DNA of 64,000 nucleotides, from positions 736,001 to 800,000 of the forward strand of contig CAWGHO010000002.1 of the NCBI GenBank assembly GCA_963822445.1. The letters run 5' to 3'. Source of the DNA: an uncultured Acidobacteriota bacterium. Its GTDB lineage: Bacteria; Acidobacteriota; Thermoanaerobaculia; Gp7-AA8. A model generated the notes under the pieces. The model searched no databases and was not told where the DNA came from. It worked only from the letters and a program-made list of their open reading frames with translations. Position numbers and translations under genes: made by a program. This document shows, in pieces, positions 49,281 to 57,775 of this stretch. Within the stretch, counting starts at the first letter, position 1. Each line of letters begins with the position of its first letter.

Positions 49281-50024
49281 TTACCTAAACGTCGCCACCA
49301 CCGGCGCGTGGTCGCTCGTGCCGATCTCCCGCTGCGAGGGGCACGACACCGCGCGCTCGGCAAGTGCTTCGCTCGCCAGCACGTAGTCCAGCCGCCAGCC
49401 GATGTTGCGCTCGCGCATCTGCCGCCACGGCGCCCACCAGGTGAAGTAGTTCTCGTCGTCCGGATGCAGCATGCGGCCGACGTCGACCAGACCTCCGTCG
49501 CTGATCAGCCGCTCCAGCAGCTCACGCTCCATCGGCAGCTGGCCGATGACCCGCGGCTTGCGCTCTTTCGGATGCACGTCGATGTCAGCGCGGGCAATGT
49601 TCATGTCCCCGCACAACACGAGCTTCAGTCCGCGCGCACGCAGATCGGCAGCGTAGGCGATCAGCGCATTGATGAAGGCGATCTTCGCGTCGAAGTCCTT
49701 TCCGCCGTTCGGGACGTACACGCTGGTGAACACTGTGTCCTCGATTTGAGCCTGCACGATCCGCGTCTCGGTATCGAAATGTGGATGGGTGAAGACCGCG
49801 TCCCGCGCGAACTCGGTGCGGACGTGCAGCCCCACTCCGGAGTAGCCGCCCGCGCCATGCCAGTAGCAGGTATATCCCTCAATCGAACAGGCTTGCGGGA
49901 TTTGATCGATCTTCGCCTTGATCTCCTGAAGACAGATCACATCGGGCTTTTCAACGGCCGCCCACTGCGCGAATTGCTCGTGCCGCGCGCGGATTCCGTT
50001 GACGTTCCAGGTGGCGATTTTCAT
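49281..50024 (-). CDS. xth: Exodeoxyribonuclease III
   Basis: ATWNVNGIRAR, LQEIK, YVPNG, GDMN, GWRLDY, SDHAPV. Confidence 0.93.
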   Translation of the reverse strand: MKIATWNVNGIRARHEQFAQWAAVEKPDVICLQEIKAKIDQIPQACSIEGYTCYWHGAGGYSGVGLHVRTEFARDAVFTHPHFDTETRIVQAQIEDTVFTSVYVPNGGKDFDAKIAFINALIAYAADLRARGLKLVLCGDMNIARADIDVHPKERKPRVIGQLPMERELLERLISDGGLVDVGRMLHPDDENYFTWWAPWRQMRERNIGWRLDYVLASEALAERAVSCPSQREIGTSDHAPVVATFR

Positions 50025-50068
50025 GGTCCGCGGATTGTATTGGTGCCGCCCGACTCATGGAGGCTCCA

Positions 50069-50743
50069 ATGAAAAAATCCGCCTTACTCGCTGTCCTTCT
50101 GTTGATTCTCCCGACGACCGTCTTCGCACAGGACCGCGGTCGCGATGACGACTGGCGCCGCCGCCGCGCCTATGACGACACGCCGAGCCGCGACGCCTTC
50201 GAGCTGACACCCTTCGCCGGCTTTCGCTGGGGCGGCACCGTGTTCTCGAGCGATCCCTTCGGCTTCAACGACGAGCTGCAGGTCGCGGCCAGCCCCAACT
50301 TCGGCGCCGACCTGGCCATCCCCCTCGGCCGCACCGGCATGAAGCTGACCCTGATGGCCAACCACCAGGCCTCCGAGCTCGAAAGCGGAGGCGGTCTCTT
50401 CGAGCCCGACGAAGAATTCGGCGATTTCGACGTGACCTACTTCCACGGCGGCCTGCAGCTTCCGTTCGGCGGCTCGCGCAACGCCATGCCCTACGGTCTG
50501 GTCAGCGCCGGCGTGGCCCGTCTCGATCCGCATGTGAGCGGCGTGAGCGCGGAGACGCGCTTCTCAGCCTCTGCCGGCATGGGCATCAAGCTTCCGATGA
50601 GCCGCAACTCCGCGATCCGCCTGGAAGGCCGCGGCTACTTCACGTCGCTCGAAGAGCAGACGGACTGCTCGTTCTGCGACGTGTTCGTCGACGAGAATTT
50701 CTATCAGGGTGAAGTGAACGTCGGCTTCACGTTCAGCTTTTAA
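50069..50743 (+). CDS. Outer-membrane beta-barrel protein
   Basis: Signal peptide, alternating beta pattern, C-terminal GFTFSF. Confidence 0.8.
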   Translation: MKKSALLAVLLLILPTTVFAQDRGRDDDWRRRRAYDDTPSRDAFELTPFAGFRWGGTVFSSDPFGFNDELQVAASPNFGADLAIPLGRTGMKLTLMANHQASELESGGGLFEPDEEFGDFDVTYFHGGLQLPFGGSRNAMPYGLVSAGVARLDPHVSGVSAETRFSASAGMGIKLPMSRNSAIRLEGRGYFTSLEEQTDCSFCDVFVDENFYQGEVNVGFTFSF

Positions 50744-50757
50744 GTTATCGTCCCCGC

Positions 50758-51255
50758 GTGCTTGCACCTCTCATCGCCGCGCTGGCTTATGCCGGCGCGG
50801 CGTTTTTGTTTGGGATCGCCATGGGCGAGCGGGGCGAGCTCGGAATCGTGCAGTACGTGTTCATGGCCGTGATTCCGGCGACGACGATCGTGCTGGCCCT
50901 CGTGGCGCGCCATGCCCGCTTCGAGGTCATGCTCACCGGAGCGGCCATGCTTGCCGGCCTGTTCCTCGGCCAGCGAGCATTTCGCGAGGCGTGGAGCGAA
51001 TGCGCGACGAAGGCTCCGTTCGTCGCGGCTGCGGTCGCGAACTATCGCGCCGCGCACGATGACTATCCGTCGCGTCTCGAAGAGCTCGATCTCGACCTTC
51101 CCTGCGACTGCATCCTGCGCGACACGATCCTTCACTACCTCTCGAACGAACGCGCGTTCAAGCTCTGGATCACGAACGACAGACAGACGGTGACGTTTAC
51201 TGCCAGCGGAAGATCCGCAGGCCGATCACCGACGACACAATCGCCCACGCCGTGA
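50758..51255 (+). CDS. Hypothetical membrane protein
   Basis: Three TM segments, then YP..LEEL. Confidence 0.55.
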   Translation: MLAPLIAALAYAGAAFLFGIAMGERGELGIVQYVFMAVIPATTIVLALVARHARFEVMLTGAAMLAGLFLGQRAFREAWSECATKAPFVAAAVANYRAAHDDYPSRLEELDLDLPCDCILRDTILHYLSNERAFKLWITNDRQTVTFTASGRSAGRSPTTQSPTP

Positions 51256-52237
51256 GCGTGAGCAGTTGCGGCGCGAGATCGATCGCGGTCATGCCGTCGT
51301 TCATCACGCCGCGCAGCGCGTCATTCAGCGCCGTCAGCGGCAGCGCGCGAATGAACGGCTTGGCCGCGTCGGGAAATCGCTCGTACGAAAAGAACACGCC
51401 CGAGCAGACCCACATCGGCAGCATGACCAGGTTCATCAGACCGCTCACCGCCTCGATCGTCCGCGCCCGCGACGAGATCAGCAGGCCGATGCCCGCGAAC
51501 GTCGCGCCGCCGAGGAGACAGACGCCGATGAAGACGAGCAGCGAGCCGCGCACGGCCACATCGAAGATCAGCCAGGCGAAGACGATCAGCACCGTCACTT
51601 CGAGCACCAGGAAAACGAGCCGCGACAAAAAGTGCGAGAAGAGGTAGTGCGTCTTGCGCATCGGCGTGGCCACGAAGCGCTTGAGCAGTTTCTTCAGCCG
51701 CGCGTTCACGACCGAGAAGCCGATGCTCCACATGCCCGTGCCCATCAGGTTCATTCCGAGTAGGCCCGGCACCAGGAAGTCGACGTACCGCGAGCCCTGC
51801 TCGGTCACGTGCGTCTCTTTCGCGGTCATCACGTTCCTGCGTCCGGCCGCGATCTGCAGCGCGTTATCGACTTCAACCCGCGCCGTTCGCGCATCGGGTC
51901 GGGTCGGATCGAGGCGGTAAACCGGCGTGTCGCCGCCTTCGATCAGCAGAGAGATCTTGCCGCGGCGCAGCTCTTCGCGGCCTTCCTCGATCGAGTAAAC
52001 GCGCGCCTGCAGGACGGGCGACGTCTTCAAAGCGGCGAGCCGCGCCTTCGCCTGAAGGCTGTCCACGACGATGCCGACGGGGATCTTCTCCGGACCGCTC
52101 TCCCGAAAGGCGTAGCCGAGGGCCATCGTGAGCAGGAGAGGGAAGACGAAGACCCAGAACATCGCCTCCGGCTCGCGGATGAACTCTTTGAAGCGGACCT
52201 GGGTGAGCTCGATGAGCGGATGTCGCGTCTCACGCAT
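51197..52237 (-). CDS. ABC-2 type permease
   Basis: REPEAMFW, YVDFLVPGLLGM, LKRFVATP, FRWQ. Confidence 0.9.
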   Translation of the reverse strand: MRETRHPLIELTQVRFKEFIREPEAMFWVFVFPLLLTMALGYAFRESGPEKIPVGIVVDSLQAKARLAALKTSPVLQARVYSIEEGREELRRGKISLLIEGGDTPVYRLDPTRPDARTARVEVDNALQIAAGRRNVMTAKETHVTEQGSRYVDFLVPGLLGMNLMGTGMWSIGFSVVNARLKKLLKRFVATPMRKTHYLFSHFLSRLVFLVLEVTVLIVFAWLIFDVAVRGSLLVFIGVCLLGGATFAGIGLLISSRARTIEAVSGLMNLVMLPMWVCSGVFFSYERFPDAAKPFIRALPLTALNDALRGVMNDGMTAIDLAPQLLTLTAWAIVSSVIGLRIFRWQ

Positions 52238-53159
52238 CGCGCAGCTCCCTTCCCGTCAGCGCGACGAAGAGATCCTCGAGCGTGGCCGCGTGCGTGGTCA
52301 GCGTGATCAGCTTCGCGCCGCGCGCCTCGATCATGCTCAGGAGCTGCGGCACGGACGCGGCGAGCGAATCGACACGCAACTGCCAGCCGCCGCCGCGCGC
52401 GGTCGCGCCGTGAAAGCCGTCGATATTCTGAAAGACGCTCTCGTCGAGCGCCGGCTCGCTGACGAACTCGATGACATGCGGCGCCTCGAGCTTGGCGATG
52501 AGCTCTTTCGGCGTGCCGAGGGCGATGAGATGGCCGTGATCGACGATGCCCACGCGGTCGCAGAGGCGCTCCGCTTCTTCCATGTAGTGCGTGGTCAGCA
52601 GGACCGTCCCGCCGCCGGCGCGGAAGCGCGCCACGATGTCCCACAACTGCAGGCGGCTCTGCGGATCGAGGCCCGTCGTGGGCTCGTCGAGAAACAGGAT
52701 GTCCGGTTCACCGACGAGCGCGCAGGCAACAGCCAGCCGCTGCTTCTGCCCGCCGGAGAGCTTTCCGACGCGCGCGTTCTTCTTCTCGTCGAGCGAGAGA
52801 TCGCGCAGCAGCTCGTCGGGATTGCGGCCTTCGCGATAGAACGAGCGGAACAAGCGCAGGGTCTCGTAAACGGTCAGCTTGTCGGCGAGCTGCGTTTCCT
52901 GCAGCGACACGCCGATGCGCTCGCGCAGCTCGCGCTCGTCGTCATCCCAGTTCAGGCCGAGGATGCGCACCTCGCCGGAATCGGGATTGTTGAGGCCTTC
53001 CAGGATCTCGATCGTGGTCGTTTTGCCGGCGCCGTTCGGGCCGAGGAGGCCGAAGCATTCGCCGCGATCGACGAGCAGGTCGATGCCGTCGACCGCCTTC
53101 ACGTCGTCGTAGTGCTTCTTGAGGTTGCGGCAGGTGACCGCGGTGCCGTTGCTGCTCAC
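52230..53159 (-). CDS. ABC-2 type ATP-binding protein
   Basis: GPNGAGKTT, LSGGQKQR, LDEPTTGLD, TTHYMEEAE. Confidence 0.93.
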   Translation of the reverse strand: MSSNGTAVTCRNLKKHYDDVKAVDGIDLLVDRGECFGLLGPNGAGKTTTIEILEGLNNPDSGEVRILGLNWDDDERELRERIGVSLQETQLADKLTVYETLRLFRSFYREGRNPDELLRDLSLDEKKNARVGKLSGGQKQRLAVACALVGEPDILFLDEPTTGLDPQSRLQLWDIVARFRAGGGTVLLTTHYMEEAERLCDRVGIVDHGHLIALGTPKELIAKLEAPHVIEFVSEPALDESVFQNIDGFHGATARGGGWQLRVDSLAASVPQLLSMIEARGAKLITLTTHAATLEDLFVALTGRELRDA

Positions 53160-53190
53160 GAGGCCGGAGAAGATAGCATCCTGTGCCGTC

Positions 53191-53257
53191 GTGTGGTGCA
53201 GGCCTCCGGCCTGCCTTCAATCACCGCAGAAAGGCAGGCCGGAGGCCCGCACTACAC
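53191..53257. repeat. REP-like doublet (GTAG/GTGG-type)
   Basis: GTGTGGTGCAGGCCTCCGGCCTGCCTT ... AAGGCAGGCCGGAGGCCCGCACTACAC. Confidence 0.8.
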
Positions 53258-53280
53258 CGGGGAAGCAGTAGCATCCCGCG

Positions 53281-54195
53281 ATGCTTGCTTCACACGACCT
53301 GCGCATCGCCGTCCGCGCCACCGCCGTCAATCGCGCCGATCTCCTCCAGGCCGCCGGCCACTACCCGCCCCCTCCCGGCGCCTCCGAGATCCTCGGCCTC
53401 GAATGCGCGGGCGTCGTCGCCGAGGTCGGATCGGAGGTGCGCGGCTGGAAGAACGGCGACCGCGCGATGGCGTTGCTGGCCGGCGGCGGATACGCGGAAG
53501 AAGTGATCGTGCATCACGGCTCGGCGATGCATGTGCCCGACTTGCTGACTGACGACGAAGCGGCCGCGATCCCCGAGGTTTTCCTGACCGCGTTCCTGAA
53601 CGTCTTTCTGCTCGCCGCGGTGCGCGAAGGTGAGACCGCGCTGATTCATGGCGGCGGCAGCGGCGTGGGGACGGCCGCAACGACTTTGTGCAAGCTGGTC
53701 GGTGTGCGGGTGATCGTCACCGCCGGCTCGGATGAAAAGTGCGCGCGCTGCATCGAGCACGGCGCCGACCTGGCCATCAATTACAAGACCGAGGATTTCG
53801 TGGAGAAGGCTCGCGGCGTGAATGTGATCCTCGACCACATCGGCGCGCGCTATTTGCCGCGGGACCTCGAGGCGCTGGCCATGGACGGCCGGATCGTAAT
53901 CATCGGCTCGATGGGCGGCCAGCGCGAGGCCTCCATCGACGTGGTGAAGCTCCTCGGCAAACGCGCGCAGGTCACCGGCTCGACTCTGCGTTCGCGATCC
54001 GTCGAGGAGAAGGCCTCGATCGTGTCCGCGTTCCTGGCGCGGTTCGGCGCGGATCTGGAGGCCGGCCGCATCCGGCCGGTCATTCATTCGGTGATGCCGC
54101 TCGAGCAGTGGAAGGAAGCGCACCGGCTCATGGAGTCGAGCGAGCACTTCGGCAAGATCGTGCTCACAAGAAGTACAGGCCGGCCCACACCTTGA
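53281..54195 (+). CDS. NAD(P)H-quinone oxidoreductase (PIG3-like), short N-terminus
   Basis: VNRADLLQAAGHYPPPPGASEILGLEC, HGGGSGVG, GSTLRSR, HFGKIVL. Confidence 0.88.
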   Translation: MLASHDLRIAVRATAVNRADLLQAAGHYPPPPGASEILGLECAGVVAEVGSEVRGWKNGDRAMALLAGGGYAEEVIVHHGSAMHVPDLLTDDEAAAIPEVFLTAFLNVFLLAAVREGETALIHGGGSGVGTAATTLCKLVGVRVIVTAGSDEKCARCIEHGADLAINYKTEDFVEKARGVNVILDHIGARYLPRDLEALAMDGRIVIIGSMGGQREASIDVVKLLGKRAQVTGSTLRSRSVEEKASIVSAFLARFGADLEAGRIRPVIHSVMPLEQWKEAHRLMESSEHFGKIVLTRSTGRPTP

Positions 54196-54652
54196 GATCG
54201 ATCATCGCCGACTGTTTCCCGAGCCAGCTTTTCAGCTCTCCGCGCGGAATCGCGTGCACGGTGATGTCCTCGCCGCCCACTCCCCCGCCCTCTCCTTTCT
54301 TCGTCACGCCGAGCGCGCGGTAGAGCGTGACCAGCTCCGAAGTGATGCCGGGGGAGGAAGGGCCTTTCACGAGGCGCTCGACGGTCTCGCAGACATAGCC
54401 CGTCTCTTCTTCGAGCTCCTTCTTCGCGGTGTCGTCCGCGCTGATGGAAGGATCATCGTCACCAACCAGCCCCGCCGGCCAGTCGATGACGCGCTCGTTC
54501 ACGGGACGGCGGAATTGCTCGGTGAGGATGACCAGGCCATCGTCCGTCTCGGCGATGATCGCGACCGCTTCCTTCCCCTTTTTTCGTTCGACGAATTGCC
54601 AGCGATCGCGCTCGATGACGAGGATGTGGTCGCCGGTGAAGACTGTCTTCAT
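54164..54652 (-). CDS. NUDIX hydrolase (ADP-ribose pyrophosphatase-like)
   Basis: EQFRRPV, PAGLVGD....TAKKELEEETG. Confidence 0.88.
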   Translation of the reverse strand: MKTVFTGDHILVIERDRWQFVERKKGKEAVAIIAETDDGLVILTEQFRRPVNERVIDWPAGLVGDDDPSISADDTAKKELEEETGYVCETVERLVKGPSSPGITSELVTLYRALGVTKKGEGGGVGGEDITVHAIPRGELKSWLGKQSAMIDLKVWAGLYFL

Positions 54653-54667
54653 TGCCGCCTCCCGACC

Positions 54668-54743
54668 GGTTGCTGAGTTGCTGGGTTGCTGAGTTGCTGG
54701 GTCCCCCACCCAGCAACCTAGCAACTCGGCGACCAAGCAACCG
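54668..54743. repeat. Inverted octamer-array element, unit RGTTGCTG
   Basis: (R GTTGCTG)x4, short spacer, then (AC(C/T)CAGCA-like)x4 with variants. Confidence 0.88.
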
Positions 54744-54745
54744 TT

Positions 54746-55801
54746 TCAAAACAACATCCCTTGCAAACTCCGGCGCCGGAAGTGTTCCGTCGACAACTCC
54801 CGATCCTCTTCATTGAACCCGGACCTGCGGCAGGCCACGTCGAAGAGGGCGGCGATCTGTTCGGCGAAAATCCCTTCCCCTTTGCCCCGCACGCCCCATT
54901 TCGCGTCGTAGAGCTTGCCGCCGCGGAGGTCGCGGACGCGGTTCAGGACCTTGTCCTTGCGGTCGGGAAAGTGCTCTTCCAGCCAGCGCTCGAACAGCGG
55001 CGCGACGGCCCAGGGCAGGCGCAGCACGACGAAGCCCGCCCATTTCGCGCCGGCTTTGCGCGCGGCTTCGAGGATCTTCGGCATCTCGTGATCGGTAATG
55101 CCCGGCACGACCGGTGCGACCATCACGCCCACCGGCACGCCGGCATCGCTCAGCTTCGCCAGAGCCTCGAGCCGCATCTCCGGGGTCGACGTCCGCGGCT
55201 CCATCGTTCGCGCGAGATTCGCGTCGAGCGTGGTGATCGACACAAACACCCGCGTGGCGTTGAAGCGCGCCAGTTCGGCGAAGAGATCGGCGTCGCGCGT
55301 CACCAGGTGATTCTTCGTGATCACGCCCACTGGATTGCGGAACTCCGCCAGCACCTCGATGCAGCCGCGGGTGATGCCCAGTTTGCGCTCGATCGGCTGG
55401 TAGGGATCGGTCACGCCACTGATGGCGATGGTCTTCGGCTCCCACGACTTCTTGCTCAGCTCCTCGCGCAGCAGCTCCGCCGCGTCTTCCTTCACCAGGA
55501 TCTTCGACTCGAAGTCGAGGCCGGCGGAGAAGCCCAGGTACTCATGCGTGGGACGCGCAAAACAGTAGATGCAGCCATGCTCGCAGCCGCGGTAGGGATT
55601 GATGCTGGCCTCGAAGCCGACGTCCGGGCTGTCGTTCGTGGCGATGATGGTGCGGGTCGGATCGCGCATGTAGATCGTGCGCGGACCGGAATCACGCTCT
55701 TCGATGTGCGCGTCTTCGTCGACGACGTATTCGAGTTTTTCGAACCGGTTGTTGGGGTTCCAGGACGCCCCGCGTCCTTTGATGGGATTGGGATCGTTCA
55801 A
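54746..55801 (-). CDS. PA0069/Rv2578c-family radical SAM protein
   Basis: KGRGA, SINPYRGCEHGCIYCFAR, TDPYQPIE. TTG start overlaps the MFS stop. Confidence 0.9.
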   Translation of the reverse strand: MNDPNPIKGRGASWNPNNRFEKLEYVVDEDAHIEERDSGPRTIYMRDPTRTIIATNDSPDVGFEASINPYRGCEHGCIYCFARPTHEYLGFSAGLDFESKILVKEDAAELLREELSKKSWEPKTIAISGVTDPYQPIERKLGITRGCIEVLAEFRNPVGVITKNHLVTRDADLFAELARFNATRVFVSITTLDANLARTMEPRTSTPEMRLEALAKLSDAGVPVGVMVAPVVPGITDHEMPKILEAARKAGAKWAGFVVLRLPWAVAPLFERWLEEHFPDRKDKVLNRVRDLRGGKLYDAKWGVRGKGEGIFAEQIAALFDVACRRSGFNEEDRELSTEHFRRRSLQGMLF

Positions 55802-57018
55802 AGTTCCCGCAATTTTCGCAGACCGGGCGAGCGCCAGGCCGTGAGTGCTACGACCAGTAGAGTCATGAACCCGCCGAAAAGGACCGAAGGCACTACGCCG
55901 AGTAGACGCGCTGCCATCCCCGACTCGAACGCGCCGATCTCGTTCGACGAGCCGATGAAGATCTGATTGACCGCCGAGACGCGGCCGAGGAGGTGCTGGG
56001 GTGTGCGGGTCTGGAGGAGCGTCGAGCGGATGACCACGCTCACGTTGTCGAAGATGCCGCTGGCGAAGAGGACGGCGAAGGAGACCCAGAAGTGCCGCGA
56101 CAGGGCGAAGGCGATCATGCACACCCCGAACGCCGCCACCGACGCGAACAACGCGAATCCCGCACGGCGCATGGGCGGGCGGTGGGCGATGACGAAGCCG
56201 GTCAGGATCGCGCCGGCCGCGGGTGCAGCGCGTAGAACGCCCAGGCCTTCCGGTCCGGCGTCGAGCAACTTCGCGAACACGGGCAACAACGCGACCGCAC
56301 CGCCGAAGAGCACCGCGAACAGATCGAGAGTCATCGCCGCGAGCAGCACCGGCTCGCGCCAGACGAAGCGAAGTCCGGCCTTCAGGCTCTCACCGAACGG
56401 CTCGCCCTCTTCGACCACCGGCCGCGAACGCTCGGCCACGGACGTGATCACAACCAGGGACACGATCATCACCGCGATGACACCGCCGTAAGCGGCGGTC
56501 GGTCCCGCGAATCCGTATGCCATGCCGCCGAGAGCCGGTCCGGCCACGGCCGCGAAATGCCAGCTCGACGTCCGCCAGGCCACCGCGTTCGGATAGAGCT
56601 CGCGAGGCACGACCTGCGCGGACAGCGCCACGATCGACGGACGCATGAAACTCCGCGCGGTCGCGCTCAGCGCGATGATCAGATACACCGGCCAGACCCG
56701 TCCCGCGTGAATCGCATTCGGCGTGACGGTCAGCAACAGCAGCGCGATCGCCGAGAGCACCATCGCGAACGTGCCGGCGATCCCCATCGTCCGCCGCTCC
56801 GCGCGATCGGCCACATGCCCCGCATACAAGGCAATGGCAATGTACGGCAGCGCCTCGGCCAACCCGATGAGCCCCAGCGTCAGCGGATCGCCCGTGAGCG
56901 CGAACACCTGCCACCCCACGACCACGATCTGCGCCTCACGCGCGAGGGTGAGCGTGCCGTGGGAGAGAAGGAGCTTGCGGAAGTCGGGGATGGCCAGTGC
57001 GGCGTAGGGAGATGACAT
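55798..57018 (-). CDS. MFS transporter (MFS_3/EntS-like)
   Basis: GHVADR, TLDLFAVLFGG, SSNEIGAFESG. Confidence 0.9.
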   Translation of the reverse strand: MSSPYAALAIPDFRKLLLSHGTLTLAREAQIVVVGWQVFALTGDPLTLGLIGLAEALPYIAIALYAGHVADRAERRTMGIAGTFAMVLSAIALLLLTVTPNAIHAGRVWPVYLIIALSATARSFMRPSIVALSAQVVPRELYPNAVAWRTSSWHFAAVAGPALGGMAYGFAGPTAAYGGVIAVMIVSLVVITSVAERSRPVVEEGEPFGESLKAGLRFVWREPVLLAAMTLDLFAVLFGGAVALLPVFAKLLDAGPEGLGVLRAAPAAGAILTGFVIAHRPPMRRAGFALFASVAAFGVCMIAFALSRHFWVSFAVLFASGIFDNVSVVIRSTLLQTRTPQHLLGRVSAVNQIFIGSSNEIGAFESGMAARLLGVVPSVLFGGFMTLLVVALTAWRSPGLRKLREL

Positions 57019-57125
57019 GGTTGCTGAGTTGCTGGGTTGCTAGGTTGCTGGGCGCTCCGCAGGACGCGCGATCATGCCCCTTGGCGAAGCACTCAGCAAC
57101 CTAGCAACCCAGCAACCCAGCAACC
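57019..57125. repeat. Inverted octamer-array element, unit RGTTGCTG
   Basis: Four units directly upstream of the MFS ATG, about 38-bp spacer, four reverse-complement units. Confidence 0.9.
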
Positions 57126-57157
57126 GCGCGGCGCGCCGCGCGCTACACTGCGCCGCA

Positions 57158-57775
57158 ATGCAGCGCGAAGAGAAGTCCGAGCGCAGCCGCCGCGCGGTTC
57201 TCGATGCGGCACTTCACCTCTTCTCCCACCAGGGATACCGCGCCACGACCATGCGCGACATCGCCGATCGCGCGAAGGTCTCCACCGGCAACGTCTACCA
57301 TCACTTTCCGGACAAGGAAGCGATCTTCCGGGCGCTGCTCGACGAGTACATGGAGATCGTGGAATCGCGGCGCTTCCCGTTCACCCGCGCCTTCTACGAA
57401 ACCGATCGCTTCCCCGAGAACATCGAGGCCCTCGGATACGCCGCCCGCGCCAGCGTCAAACAGTTCCGCGACTACCTCGCGCTGTTCTACGTCGACGTCA
57501 TCGAGTTCGGCGGCACGCACATTCAGAAGTTCTACGAGTCGATGAGCGACCGCTTCACCCGCTTCTTCGAAGAACAGGGCTCGATCGACGACGTCCGGAC
57601 CCGGCTGCGGCCCTCCGTCTCTCCCACTGACGCAATGCTCCTCACCTCGCGGCTCTTCTTCAACTACTTCTCCCTCGAGATCCTCTTCGGCGTGCACGAG
57701 CCGTTCGGAAAGAGCTCGGACGAAGTGGTGAAGGAGATCGCCGACATCATTCGGAACGGAATCTGCGCACGATGA
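57158..57775 (+). CDS. TetR/AcrR family regulator
   Basis: LDAALHLFSHQGY..TTMRDIA..VSTGNVYHHFPDKE. Confidence 0.9.
   Translation: MQREEKSERSRRAVLDAALHLFSHQGYRATTMRDIADRAKVSTGNVYHHFPDKEAIFRALLDEYMEIVESRRFPFTRAFYETDRFPENIEALGYAARASVKQFRDYLALFYVDVIEFGGTHIQKFYESMSDRFTRFFEEQGSIDDVRTRLRPSVSPTDAMLLTSRLFFNYFSLEILFGVHEPFGKSSDEVVKEIADIIRNGICAR

Noticed and set aside
7945-57125. Repeat-spacer-repeat elements as CRISPR mini-arrays
   Set aside because: Arms are inverted micro-tandem repeats with a single spacer of variable length. There are no direct 25-40 bp repeats and no cas genes.
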